This document shows, piece by piece, positions 39,450 to 53,124 of a stretch of DNA of 64,000 nt. Below the pieces are notes generated by a model. It searched no databases, had not been told where the DNA came from, and worked only from the letters and a program-made list of their open reading frames with translations. Each line of letters begins with the position of its first letter. Within the stretch, counting starts at the first letter, position 1. The position numbers and the translations under genes were made by a program. Source of the stretch: the human T2T-CHM13v2.0 reference genome, Homo sapiens; assembly GCF_009914755.1 (NCBI RefSeq), contig NC_060925.1; one strand, given 5' to 3'.

Positions 39450-41111
39450 CAGCGGTCCCCAACCTTTTTGACACCAGGGACCAGTTTCATGAACACAATT
39501 TTTTCATGGACCAGGGGTGGGGGGATTATTTCGGGATGAGACTGTTCTACCTCAAATCATCAGGCATTAGTTAGATTGCCATAAGTGCACAACCTAGATC
39601 TCTTGCATACACAGTTCACAATAGGGTTCCTGCTCCTATGAGAATCTAATACTGAGAGGTGACAGCGTGCTGGCAGTCCTCACAGCCCTCGCTCGCTCTC
39701 GGCGCCTCCTCTACCTGGGTTTCCACTTTGACGGCACTTGAAGAGCCCTTCAGCCCACCACAGCACTGTGGGAGCCCCCTTCTGGGCTGGCCAAGGCCGG
39801 AGCCGGTTCCCTCAGCTTGCAGGGAGGTGTGAAGGGAGAGGTGCGAGCGGGAACTGGGGCTGCCCACGCAGCTTGTGGGCCAGCTGGAGTTCTGGGTGGG
39901 CGTGGGCTTGGCAGGCCCCCCACTTGGAGCAGCCGGCAGGCCCTGCCACCCGGGGCAATGAGGTGCTTAGCACCTGGGACAGTGGCTGCGGAGGGTGTAC
40001 TGGGTCCCCCAGCAGTGCCAGCCCACCGGTGCTGCACTCATTTTCTCGCCGGGCCTTAGCTGCCTTCCCATGGGGCAGGGCTCAGGACCTGCAGCATGCC
40101 ATGCCTGAGCCTCCCACCCCTCCCTGGGCTCCTGTGCGACCCCAGCCTCCCTGACCAGCGCCGCCCCCTGCTCCACGGAGCCCAGTCCCATCGACCACCC
40201 AAAGGGCTGAGGAGTGCGGGCACATGGCGTGGGACTGGCAGGCAGCTCCACCTGCAGCCCCAGTGCGGGATCCACTGGGTGAAGCCAGCTGGGCTCCTGA
40301 GTCTGGTGGGGACGTGGGGAACCTTTGTGTCTAGCTCAGGGACTGTAAATACACCAGTCAGCACTCTGTATCTAGCTCAAGGTTTGCAAACACACCAATC
40401 AGCGCCCTGTGTCTAGCTCAAGGTTTGTGAATGCACCAATCCACACTCTGTATCTAGCTACTCTGGTGGGGACTTGGAGAACCTTTGTGTCCACACTCTG
40501 TATCTAGCTAATCTGGTGGGGAGGTGGAGAACCTTTGTGTCTAGCTCAGGGATTGTAAACGCACAAATCAGCGCCCTGTCAAAACAGACCACTGGGCTCT
40601 ACCAGTCAGCAGGATGTGGGTCGGGCCGGATAAGAGAATAAAAGCAGGCTGCCCAGCCAGCAGTGGCAACCCTCTCGGGTCCGCTTCCACACTGTGGAAG
40701 CTTTGTCCTTTCGCTCTTTGCAATAAATCTTGTTGCTGCTCACTCTTTGGGTCCACACTGCCTTTATGAGCTGTAACACTCACCGCGAAGGTCCACGGCT
40801 TCACTCCTGAGCCAGCGAGACCACGAACCCCACCAGAAGGAAGAAACTCCGAACATGAGAAGGAACAAACTCCAGACACGCCGCCTTTAAGAACTGTAAC
40901 ACTCACCGCGAGGGTCCACGGCTTCATTCTTGAAGTCAGTGAGACCAAGAACCCACCAATTCCGGACACAATACTGCTGCTGATCTGACAGGAGACAGAA
41001 CTCAGATGGTAATGCTCGCGTGCCCACTGCCCACAGCCTCCTGCTGTGCCATCCTGTTCCTAGAGGCCACGAACCAGTACCAGTCTGCAGCCTAGGGGTT
41101 GGGGACACCTG
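39450..41111 (+). mobile_element. MER1B hAT element split by LTR12C
   Basis: cagcggtccccaacc...ggttggggacacctg TIRs; 8-bp TSD acttaaca. Confidence 0.88.
39653..40970 (+). mobile_element. Solo LTR12C (HERV9 LTR)
   Basis: tgagaggtgacagcgtgctgg start; tandem ccaatc/tctagct units; ccaattccggacaca end; 4-bp TSD ATAC. Confidence 0.93.
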
Positions 41112-41379
41112 ACTTAACATAATGTCCTCTAGGTCCTAACATGATATTAAAGCTCTAGGGTCTACCCTATACAATCACTGAGGAAGCCCTGTCCAATCAG
41201 ATTGGGAGGAGAGTGATGAAATATTTCATTTGGAAGATAACCCTCAATATATTACCAGGTGGCATTTTCATAAATAAGCAGTGAATACTGAACACCTTCT
41301 TGGAGGACTATGGGCTAGCATAAGAATCCATACCCTGCATTGGTATAATTTTTGTATCAGATGCCTCAAACTTTATTAA

Positions 41380-41742
<363 letters not shown>

Positions 41743-42009
41743 TCCAATTTCTTTTATTTTCTTATAATAATCTCAAATTTTGCCAACTCTGGGAATAGCT
41801 CCAATAGGGTTTATTTATTTATTCTTAGGAAGAAAGTTGTTACCCTCGAGTTAATTCAATAAAAAATAATTAAGAAAATATTGAAGAAAAAATTTCTTTA
41901 ACTAGCAATTACAAACTAATAAATACAGCAAAGATCCAGATAAACCAAAAATTGTGTTAGCAGGTTGGTTAAATGAGTGCAGTTAACTGGGAATAATTTT
42001 TTACAAGTG

Positions 42010-42333
<324 letters not shown>

Positions 42334-43753
42334 TGAGCTACGGTTTCTGTATAAAATTATGTAGCCTCCCTCATATTTTCATTTAAGAATCATTTCAAAT
42401 AATTTTCAAACCAAATCTTTCATGTTCTCTTCTGCTTATTGTTTTACTCTACAATGCCTAGAAATTTTCTTGATGCAAAGTGAGTACTTGTTTGTTTAAT
42501 AAAGAAGGAGAAGAAGAAATGACTCATTACATGTTTCTGAACAAGGCACTTAACTTAGCAAGAACCTTATTTCTCACTCTCCTTTGGTACATTTAATATT
42601 AAGCATAAATTATGCACACAGATTCACAGGAAAGGCTAGCAGTTCAGAATCAAATAGGACATTTTTTGATTCAAGCCTCTGCTGCTCTAAAGAATAGCAA
42701 CAAGACATACTTGCTAAGGGTAACTAGGATATTTTTCAATGAACATCAGTTGAGCAAATAAATGGCTCTTGCCCTAGTAGAGAAAGATGACTATTTTTGA
42801 ATGAGTGTCTTGAAAGCACTTTCCCCAAAGTTATTGAATACCTATTACATCCCATTTACTGTCCTAGGTGATGGTCTCTGAAAGAGGGTTCTGAGTAAGG
42901 ACCTTTATTGTTAAATATGAATAGTATTATATAATTTATCAATGATGATATTTTTCTACACCCAAACAGGGATCTTAAGTATGAGATTCTTTCCCTAAAT
43001 ATAAATGATTCCCCTTTATCAGGAATCAGTTATGATTCAGCTATCCAGAGAATTCATTCAAGCCTCAGAGGCTTAACTTTTTATTGTTGTTCTGCCTCTG
43101 ATTCGCTATTTCACTTTGAGAACTATGCAAAGTTAACTGACTCAGCATTACAGCCCAAATCCACCTGCAGGCTTTTAGATGAGACAAAGCCATAATTTCA
43201 CGCTGTTAAATATGTTAAGTAAACAAAATAACCAAGATGCCTAAACTAGAGAACAAAGATCTTCAGGGAAAAATATTATTCCTTTTTCTCTGAAGATGTA
43301 AATCTAAGACAAAATGCAGATGCTTTTTTTTTTGTAAATGTCCACTATCTGAAGGTTAGATCATAAACTAACAATAAAATGCAGAAAGAGAAAGGAATAA
43401 AAATTCCATTCTGTAGAGCTTGCATTTGAGGTACTGATAAAACTTTTAGGTGGAAATGTTCAATAGGTAAGTGAAAATATAGATCTGGAGCTCAGACTAG
43501 AGATTTTGGCAGATAATTAGTTTAGAATGGCAGGTTGGATGGTTATTAACATCCAAGGAAAAAGGAGAGCGTGAAGTCTGCAAGGTGTGGTGGGGAGCAA
43601 GTAGCTGGCCATTCCATCTGGTGGGTCCATCATACCTGAGGCATGGGGGATACTTCTGAAGTTCTTCTGAGTGGATAGTGCCCAGAAGCCACGTAAGAGC
43701 ACTGGATTCTGATTATGAAGGGCAAAAAATAATTTCTTAAAAAGTCAACCATG

Positions 43754-44041
43754 GGCCAGGTACGGTGGCTCATGCCTGTAATCCCAGCACTTTGAGAGGC
43801 TGAGGAAGGCGGATCACGAGGTCGAGAGGTAGAGGCTATCCTGGCCAACATGGTGAAACCCCACCTCTACTAAAAATTCAAAAATGAGCTGGGTGTGTCG
43901 GCGCGTGCCTGTAATCCCAGCTACGTGGGATGCTGAGGCAGGAGAATCACTTCAACCCGGGAGGCAGAGGTTGCAGTGAGCCAAGATCGAACCACTGCAC
44001 TCTAGCCTGGGAAACAGTGAGACTACATCTCAAAAAAAAAA
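43754..44041 (+). mobile_element. Alu (AluSc-like)
   Basis: Full Alu consensus. Confidence 0.93.
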
Positions 44042-46400
44042 GTCAGTATGAGAGAGGAGAACAGCTTTCTCCAATTAGAATGCAAGCTCTTTTGGGCATA
44101 GCCATCATCTCTTCCATTTCTTGTTATGCCCACACAATGTGCATTCTTAAATAACGTTGACTAACCCTTCCACAACAGCCCAAATTCATTATGGGGAAGA
44201 GCATAATGACTCCAACAATACTAAATAGAGCACTTATATAGCATCTACATACCACTCTTAGAGTCCAATGTGATTCCTGGCATAAAGACACTCAAGAATC
44301 ATTTTTATAAGCTTTAATAAGCTTACCACAAAGCCCTAACTAAACACTTAGATTACAGCAAACTACAGCAACCAAATTCGGGCTTAGAATTTATCACTGT
44401 TTATAGGCTTACATATATGAGTCATCATCATCAGTTAGCAAATTATACTGTTAATTATAGCTGATGAATTCAATGTAAAATGAGATGGTCAGATAGAACT
44501 AAGTATTTCTCACATTATTTTGTGGCCAGAGCTTATACCTGCATTTCATCTTGGTGTATACTAGGATTGTTGTTTTTTACTTGTAACAGTGAAGAAAGTG
44601 TATATTGTTATCCAGTAACAGAAAACACTATATATCTGCTTGAAATAATCGTTAAAACTACCAAAGGTGTGACCAACAACCCAAACTCTAGAGAAAGTGA
44701 GGCAAGCTAAATATATTGTTTTAGTATTTCAGATACCTAGGACATCAAATTCCTAAAATCTAGCACATCGAATGCCATACATTTCTCAAGTGCTATGACC
44801 TAGTTTTTTAAGATTATGAGAAACATTCTGAGAATCTAAAGTTATCACTTTGTTGCAATTTCAAATTTCCCAAATTCATATATGAGGTTTTCAAAGCCAC
44901 AGAATGGCTTAACAAGAGACAAAGATGAACTATGTGCAAAGACTCAGACATGGCTTAAAAGGGTATCTATGAATATTAAGGGGGAATAAGTCTTCCCTCT
45001 CAAGCTTCGCAATTCCTTCAGCACAGAAGTCCTCAAAAATGGAGAGTGGTCTGTCTTGCTGTTTTTTCCTTTAAAAACTCGATCTAGGTTATTCAATTTT
45101 CTTGGTACGTGCACCATAAAGTGTAACACAATTTTAAAAAAATCTTATAAAGAAAAAAATACTAAGAAAGATAAGTCTCTAGTACCTCGCCGATAATAGT
45201 TTATTAAAAAAAATGCACAATCTTATTAGATGAAAATAACAGGAGGCATGTTAGACATTAACTGTAAGAACAAGAAAGCGAAGTAAGGCATTTTGTCTTT
45301 TGTAAAATCACAATAAAAAATTCTTAACAATACCTAGATGATGTAAAAAAAGAGTCAAAAATGTGGTTCTACCAAAAAGCAAAATTACCTAGCAAGAAAA
45401 CAGCCAGCTATATACTTTTTACCACCACGCATCTCGAGAGAACTGTTACCCATCTTTTTCTTTAGGAACCATCTTATAACAATTTCATGCTTGATCAAAA
45501 ATACAACATCAAATAAATTACTGTTGTGAAGACCAAAATTCCATTACTAATATAATCCTTTATAATCATTTTAAAAAAATAAAAACAATTTAGAGTCCTA
45601 TGAAACAGACATCAATGTTCCATACCTGTTGATAACTAAGGGACTCAAGGTAATAGAGATTATAATTCTAACAAAATCAAGATATCAAGTTCAACCTGAA
45701 AATAGCATGCCTACCAGAATAAACACTGGAGAATTAATTTACTAATACAATTACATTTTCCATTTTAGAAGATGATATATCTGAATTCCTAAATTTCCAA
45801 AGTGCTAGCTATCCAAAGAAGCATCAACTAATGCCTTCATTTTCCCTAATTCAAAAAGACACTTGGGGTTATTTTATTGACTTACATTCCACAGTAAAAT
45901 CATTTTTTCTGATAAGAGGCCAGGATCTCCTGAGTGTGTCAGACAGCATGCTAATGCACTGGCACCCTCTGCCTGGAGCAACAATTATAAGGCATGAACT
46001 ACAAGGATCTTTTCCCTAAGGAGGAAGCTGAAGCCTCCAGAATGATGTCAATACTTAACTGCATTTTGCTAGACGAGATTAACTCCTTATATAGCTCCTT
46101 ATATCTTATATTAGCTACATAAAAATGTCTCCCTAACTTTCTCACCAGAAAAATAAAATATGATGATAAAAGCCATTGTACTGAGTTTTATGATGTTTTT
46201 TGGCTACAGGTATGGTACCTGACCATGTCATGCAAATGGAAGATAGGCCCATGAAGTAAGAGCAATGTTTTGAAAGGACATAAATAAAATACTGGTCCTT
46301 ATGATCTTACCTCCTTTGAACTTTACTAATTTCATATTTTTTTAAAAGAAAACAAGATAGTAAAAAGTACTAACTATTAAGTCGTCACCTATTATGGTAC

Positions 46401-46565
46401 CTTGGCAGCTTTATTAACCTTGTCTTCATTTTCTCTCTTATACACAAAAACTGAAGCAAATTTGCCATCTTGCAGTACAGCGGGATAAACAGCAAGTCCA
46501 GAGGGTAAGGTAAATGGTGGTTCTCTCAGTGTATAGCTCTTTAAAGCACTGTTCTCTGATCCCAT
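46401..46565 (-). CDS. SCYL3: SCYL3 exon 2 coding part, start codon (MGSENSALK...NKAAK); exon 2 begins at 46615
   Basis: Strong Kozak gggATGg, in-frame upstream TAA, MGxxxS myristoylation motif, |gtacca donor. Confidence 0.95.
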
Positions 46566-49500
46566 CCCTTATGCAGTGAGGCAGTACTGCCACTCTTCCT
46601 CAAAGCCAAGCAGATCTAAAAGAAAACAGAAAACAATTTCAAACATTAAATCCCTATCTGCAACATCAACAAGAGATATCCAGACATAGCCACCCCAAAC
46701 TACTAGTTTCTTTGATCCTCATAACTAGGACATTTGACAGTAAAAATGGTAAACGCTCTGCAAGTTACCAGCAATGGTTGTTAATTAACAACTAACAGCT
46801 CTAGAGAAAATGCACATTACTAAATAGTCACAGGTAGTTACTGTCCCTCCCCAAACTCCACCACATACAAACTTTCAGAGTGGAAAGGCAATCAAAAATA
46901 GAATAAGGTAATTCATACTTCCTAACTCACTTGTATATCCTCACTCACAAAGGAAAATGTTGTAAAAATATTACTCAAAAACAATAAAACTTCTGTATGT
47001 AGAAAATAACTTAAAATTATAAAGGAAAACAATACAAATTGGAGAATACTTATAATGAGGAAAATCATGGTTTTAATATTAATATGTTGAAAAACATTGT
47101 TAATATGATGAAAAACATATTAACAAATGAAGAGCTCATATAAACCAAGTAAAACACTAAAACACCAGTACAATAATGGGAAAGAAAACAGACAACTCAT
47201 TGAAGAAACACAAATGACGATAAACATAAGAAAAAGTACGATCGCACTACTCTTCAAAGCTATCCTAAGTAAAAAGGGGAAACCGCAAAACTGAATCTCA
47301 AATAATCTCAAATGCTAAAAAAAAACAAAAGCCCACACATACACAGAATTCAAATGCAACTATGACAAAATACTTCAGTGCTCACCTAGTGAAGGGGCAC
47401 AGTTAGAGGGATCAAGGGAGAGGAAAGGATTATCATGATGTATGAGGAACTTTTGGGAGGATGGATATATTCATTATCTTGATGATGATGATGGTAACGG
47501 GTGATTATGTCAAAACATAAAACTGTACACTTTTTTCATTTATTCTGTATCAATTACGCCTCAAAGTTGTTTTGAAAAGAAATATATGTATACATACACA
47601 CAGACTTGAAAAATATATGTTGAAGTATTAACAGAGGTTTCCAGTGGAAGGTCAGATTATAGGTAATTTTATACACACACACTTGCCTGCACCTTCCAAA
47701 TCTTCTACAATATGAACAGCTTTCTTGACAACAGGGATACAAACTCACAGGGTGACAACAGGTAATGTGCAGTGCCCCAGCAGTACTGGCAGCCTGGCAG
47801 AGGGACCTACTGTGCGTGCATGGGACCTACTGTGAGAGGCTTGCATTCTGAAGACAGTGGCTATCACAGAGTTCCAACCAGGACTGCAGTTTCAGAACTG
47901 TCAGATCATGCCACTTATCGTGAGGAACCAAGAGCCTGAATAGTTTTGTGGAAATCTCCATATTTTTCAATGTTGAATCAAATGTTTTCTAAACCTATAT
48001 AGGCCAAACAACGTATGTCTGAAAAATCTGTGGCAGTCAGTTTTCAGTGGTGGCTTTACCATAATATAAAAATTAGAAAATAGAGTTCTTACTAACTCTG
48101 GCAATGTAGAAAGCAAACTGCTACAAATACGGCCAATAATTCTATGTAGGCCTTTAAAAATTTGTTTAAAATCTGTATTCTTTGGACAAATATAAACTCA
48201 ATAATCATTACACATTGACCCTCTACTTGGAATTTTTCCCCACTTCGGTGAAATTCCATACAACACCTTCTACACTGGGTATGTAATGCTGCTCAAAACA
48301 GATGCCTAGAACAAAATTTAAAGTGCCTACCGATCCACAACCATCGTTATATAAGAAACACATGTATAAAGGCTAAAGCTATCTAAAATTGAAGATTTTC
48401 AAAATCTAAAAATGTTGCTGAGAATAAGAACTAAATCTGCTTTGTAACAAATTCACTGAATTCCTACCTACCTGGCAATGTATCTTTCTTAAAAATGACA
48501 GAGAAGCAAAAAACAGTACTAAAAGAAATGCCAAGTATGGCAACTATGGTAACATTCACCTTTCTACTGGGACTACAAATAAAAAGTTTATGTGGGACCA
48601 TGGGTAAAAGCAACAATGCTAATCCCTCTGTTCTGGAGATAGAGTGCTGGCCAGATTGTCACAACCTCCTGCTGAGTAGGGAGGATTATGCTTAGCACTT
48701 GATCTTGCCACCTCTTCTTGGGCACAGTTAATGTTGTCAGGTACCTATCCTGGGCCAAAGGGCGGTTAATTCACAAATTAGCCATCAATTTCATGGCCTG
48801 AGTGAAGAGATAAACTGGCCAGATCATTGTCTCCCCCAGGAATTTGAACTAAGAACAATTTTTGCCTATTAGAAGCATAGCCGAAGGTAGAAGGATGCTA
48901 TGAGGTGGAGGTGGAGCTACGGCAAACCAAAGCCACATGAAGTCAGAAACTTTCCAGAGGAAGTCAGTTGGTAGTAAAATTTTAAAAAGCAAACACTGGG
49001 ACCGTAGCTTAGTCATACTTAGGGGGCACATTACTACTATCCATCTCAAGACTACCAGAAGCCCAGCCTCAAATCTAATTCCACCCAGATACCCTAACAT
49101 CCCATTGACACCCTTACAACCAGCCCCCTTTTCCTCAGGTAACTTGAATGGGTCTATGTTCTTTGAAACTAATTGCCATTTCATAGGCAGAAAGCTCTAC
49201 TTGGTCTCCAACTCCTGCCTGAAAAGCCAGTCAGACTGGAAGAGTGAGTTACAGAAGTGTTACTTTGAAAGTATCTGAAGCTAGTCTGACCGTCTCTCTC
49301 TCACCCACAAAACACAGCTTTCCAAAATCAACACACAATTAAGAGAAAAGCAGAGAATAAGGGACTGTATATTAATGAATATCTTCTTCGCAGGAAATCA
49401 TGCTGTTTATTTAAGTGTTAATATTAATCCTCATGGGAGATAAGACTGCCACCAGGATTCAGGGTCAGTGCTCTGGCTGATGAATGGCAGTCACCAGAGG

Positions 49501-49972
49501 CAAGAGAAAGGAACATTTAATTTACTTAGCTATTTCTAAATAGCAAAATACTTCCTTGTGGGAACATTGGCCTTGCAATAGCTATTAACCTTAGATTTCA
49601 TATGAATTCCACTATAATTAACAAAGTTATAAAAGCATTAGGAAGTAGTTAAAATTCATTTTTCTTACTGTATTTTAGGTCTAAGACTAAAAAAATCACT
49701 TAAAAATTAAAAAGGGATGACTCAATTTCTTGAGAGAACTGGAAAGGATGCCATTTTCTTGTTTTGAAAGCATGTTAACTTTGACAGAAGTCCACTGATA
49801 CCATCAGTGTAATACTGACAGTGGTAAGATTATATTGTATGTTCCCAGTGCAAACTTTATTGGGGGAAAATTAAAAAGGTGTGCTGATTATTGCAATTTG
49901 AGAATGTTTTGAAGCAGTAATTCTTCACACTAATATATCTAAAGAAGCACAAATACTGTTATATGAAGAAGT

Positions 49973-50148
49973 TTTTTTGTTTGTTTTTTGTTTTAAATAG
50001 AGATATGGTCTTGTTCTGTTGCTGCTGGCCTAGAGTGCATTGGCGCTATCCTATCTCACTGTAACCTGGAATTCCTGGGCTCAAGCTACCTGCCCTCCCC
50101 AGCCTCCCTAGTTGCTGAGATTACAGGCATGTGCCACCATGCCCGCCA
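49973..50148 (-). mobile_element. Alu monomer (FRAM/AluJ-like)
   Basis: Single diverged monomer. Confidence 0.8.
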
Positions 50149-51029
50149 GTGCTTTAAAAATGATAATTCAGCTAAAATTGATTTATTGAAATGTAAGAAA
50201 AACACTTGGCCTTCCAAAATGCTTTCCTGTTGTTTTGAGGACGGGGAAAACACAAAATCTTGCTCATTAGCTTTGAAATTAAAAAGTCACAAGAAGGTAG
50301 AAAAGGATATCCTAGTATCCCGTAATAGGTATTTCGTAGCACTTAGCATCTCCACTCTATAATAAAATGCTGAGTTGACAGTCTCTGACTTGAATATGCA
50401 TCAGTCTTCCCTTTAATAATCTCCCTCCACTCTTTTGCCTACTTGGGCAGCACATAAAATTTCTGGACCGCTTGTAGATTAAGAAAACCCTTGTCTAGGT
50501 CAAAGGGCAACTCATACACTCAACTAAGAAACCCGTGTGCTCTATGGAAATGTTTCTACCAAATATTTTCTTTTCCCAGCAATTACTCGAGACTACCTTG
50601 GTCCTAGCTCCCTTAGCTTGAAAGTTCCAAAGATAATGGCTTGCACTCTGAGTATTAAGGATGCACTGTACTGGCTGATATTCTGGTATCCAGCGGTAAC
50701 GTTACTCCGGCCCTTGCTTTCGTGTTTCAGGTATATATTCCCTCTGCGGAACTCAGTCCAGCATTGCTAGCTGACAAGCAATACACAATTAAGTCTTTAT
50801 GGACCAAAATAATTGTGATTTCAGCTCAAGATACATTTTATAAGAACATGGGTCCCTAAAAACAGCAGTTAACAGTGACCCCCAAAATTCGAGACCCGAC
50901 TCCGAGAATTTCACATGGATTCCTGAATATGCTCTTCCGAGAAATGTTTCATCTTTATTCTAAACAGAAAGCACTATGCCAAGACAGGAGCCAGCTGGGC
51001 CTTGGGGGACGGGCACTGGTCTTGGATCA

Positions 51030-52130
51030 AGAATGAGGCCGCCTTCCCGAGGGCGGGCGCGCCCCCAGGATCCCCCCGGGCTCGGGCACTGCCGCCCCGG
51101 GACAGTGACCCGCCCAGCCGAGCACCCTCGCCCTGCTTGCCGCGACCCCGCGGGGTCACTGAAGGGCCGAGGCGCCGCTCTCGCTTCGCTGGCCCCTCAC
51201 CTTCCACACCTCCCTGCGAGGACCGACTCCGCGGCCGCCTTGGAGAGCTCTGGCCGCGGGCGCCTCACCCGTCGGGGGCCGCCCGCGAAGCGCAGATTAC
51301 AGGGCGCCCCACAATCAGCAAGGGGAGGCTGCTCCGAAGCTGAGAGCACAGCTCAACCGGCCGCCGGCGCCGCGCCGAGCTCGCTCCCGCGCGGGCCCCA
51401 GAGCGCAGACCCGCGAGCGGGGCGCGCGCCCGCCGCCTCCTCCCCGCCCGGCCCCTTCCCCCACGGCGCAGTCCTGCAAGGACTGGGGGCGCAGCGCAGG
51501 GCTCCCTGTTACCTGCAGGAAGGCGGCGGGGGAGGAGGCCGAGGGTCTTGGCTCTGGTACCCTGTTGGCCCCCCTGTTGACACCAACCACCCCTGCCTGC
51601 CTGTAAGGCTGTGGCCACTACACCCACAATCTTCTGGGGGCCGGGTTTCTCCTACACCATAGAGACGGGTCCGGAAACGGGACAGAAGGCCCACCTTCCT
51701 CCCTCCGACGCCACCAATGAGGCCAACTAACCAGGAACCGAGGTAGAGAGGCCGCACAGCTGAGTCTCAGGCCGGTGCCATCTTAAGTGTGGGCGCCGCG
51801 ACGATACCGAGTTTCACTCACTGCCCCAGTGGTCTAGTTAGTCCACGAAGATGCCCCCTTTCTAGATGTGTTGGTCGAATGCTTAAGTTTGTCTTGACTT
51901 GAATTTTTAGGCTTTTAACAGCACAGTTTTAATTTCATTTCCGCCCAAATCCAAAATGGCTGCTGGCCACTTGTAGCAAACAGTAGAGGTGCAGGGCGGA
52001 GAAAAGGAGTACGGGAATTAGCGAGGACTTTCAGGAGAGTGACGTCACTCAACCTGTAGCTTTGATTGGCTGGGCTGCGAGGGTGGAGTCGTGCAGAGCC
52101 GCTGCTGGCGGAGGTCGTGGTGATCTCGCT
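51030..52130. promoter_or_regulatory. CpG-island promoter of SCYL3
   Basis: Dense CpG/GC over ~51030-51810; ETS ccggaa 51671; CCAAT 51714 and (reverse) 52065; YY1-like 51777 and 51953; GC box 51994; CRE 52040-52047. Confidence 0.9.
51513..51690 (-). other. SCYL3: SCYL3 non-coding exon 1 (5' end approximate)
   Basis: CAG|gtaaca donor (GT at 51511-51512) inside the CpG island. Confidence 0.8.
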
Positions 52131-52206
52131 TGATCTTTGAGAGGGAAGGTCCTGAATCACATTTCATTTAGCAAAAAGTAATATTTGAAAATTTTAATAT
52201 TAATGC

Positions 52207-53090
52207 AGTAGTTTTGCCCCCCTCCATGCTTTCTGCAGTGTCAGTTACCTGTGGTCAAACCTTGGTTCAGAAATGTTAAATGGAAAACTCCAGAAATAAA
52301 CAATTCTTAAGTTTCAAACCGCCTGTATTCTGAGTAGCCCGATTAAATCTCGGGCCATCCACTCTGTCCCACCCTTGACGCGAATCATCTGTCGCAGGTA
52401 GCCGCGCTGTGTACAGTATCCACTCATTACCCACTCAGTAGCTGCTTTGGTTAACAGATGCACCCGTAGTATAGCAGAGATAATGAGAGATACCACCTGC
52501 TTATGTTCAGGTAACCCTTATTTTACTTAATAATGGCCGCAAAGCACAGGAATTGTGCTGACAATTTGGATATGCCGAGGAGAAGCTGTAAAGTGCTTCC
52601 TTTAAATGAAAAGGTGAAAGCTCTGGACTTAATAAGGAAAGAAAAAGAGTCATATGCTGAGGTTGCCAAAATCTATGATAAGAACAAATTATCCATGAAA
52701 TTGTGAAGAAGGAAAAAGATTCGTGCTAGTTAACTAAGCACCTATCATGCACTGTGGCTGTAACTTTTGTAGTTTGAGGTGCAACAGCAAAAGACGGAAA
52801 AGGCATTACATTTGTGGGTGGGAGACATGAACAGAAAACGTATTTCAGCTGACCGCAGTAAGTTTTGCCAGAAAGTGTTGAGCCTATAGGAAGACTTAAG
52901 AAAGGGATCCCCTGAAATTAGGCACACCAAGCTATTTACTGCAAGTAAGGGATGGCTACACAGATTCAGGAATAGGTTTGGACTGAAAAACATAAAAATA
53001 ACTGGAGAGGCCACATCTGCTGATGAAGAAGCTGCCACATGTCTGGCAGAGTTGAAGACATTGGTTAAGGAGAAAGGCTTCCAGGAGATT
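52207..53090 (+). mobile_element. Tigger7/MER44-family fragment with transposase N-terminal remnants
   Basis: cagtag...ccagaaataaacaattc 5' end; internal translation FTASKGWLHRFRNRFGLKNIKITGE (CENP-B-type HTH). Confidence 0.8.
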
Positions 53091-53124
53091 GATGGATAAG
53101 TTAGGAAAATCATTCAGGTAGCAA

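Noticed and set aside
40320-40580. Regularly spaced tctagct/ccaatc repeats resembling a CRISPR array
   Set aside because: These are the internal tandem units of LTR12; the DNA is eukaryotic, with no unique spacers or cas genes
39646-41120. Cluster of ORFs of 70-140 aa
   Set aside because: All lie within the GC-rich LTR12C/MER1B
46580-46591. 12-bp palindrome ggcagtactgcc in the SCYL3 5' UTR
   Set aside because: Several palindromes of this length are expected by chance in 64 kb; it forms only a 4-bp stem
47802-47834. 13-bp direct repeat gggacctactgtg with a 7-bp spacer
   Set aside because: Simple local micro-duplication in an intron with no functional context
50974-51757. Several overlapping ORFs up to 228 aa
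   Set aside because: Stop-codon depletion in a GC-rich CpG island; low-complexity Pro/Arg/Gly/Ala composition
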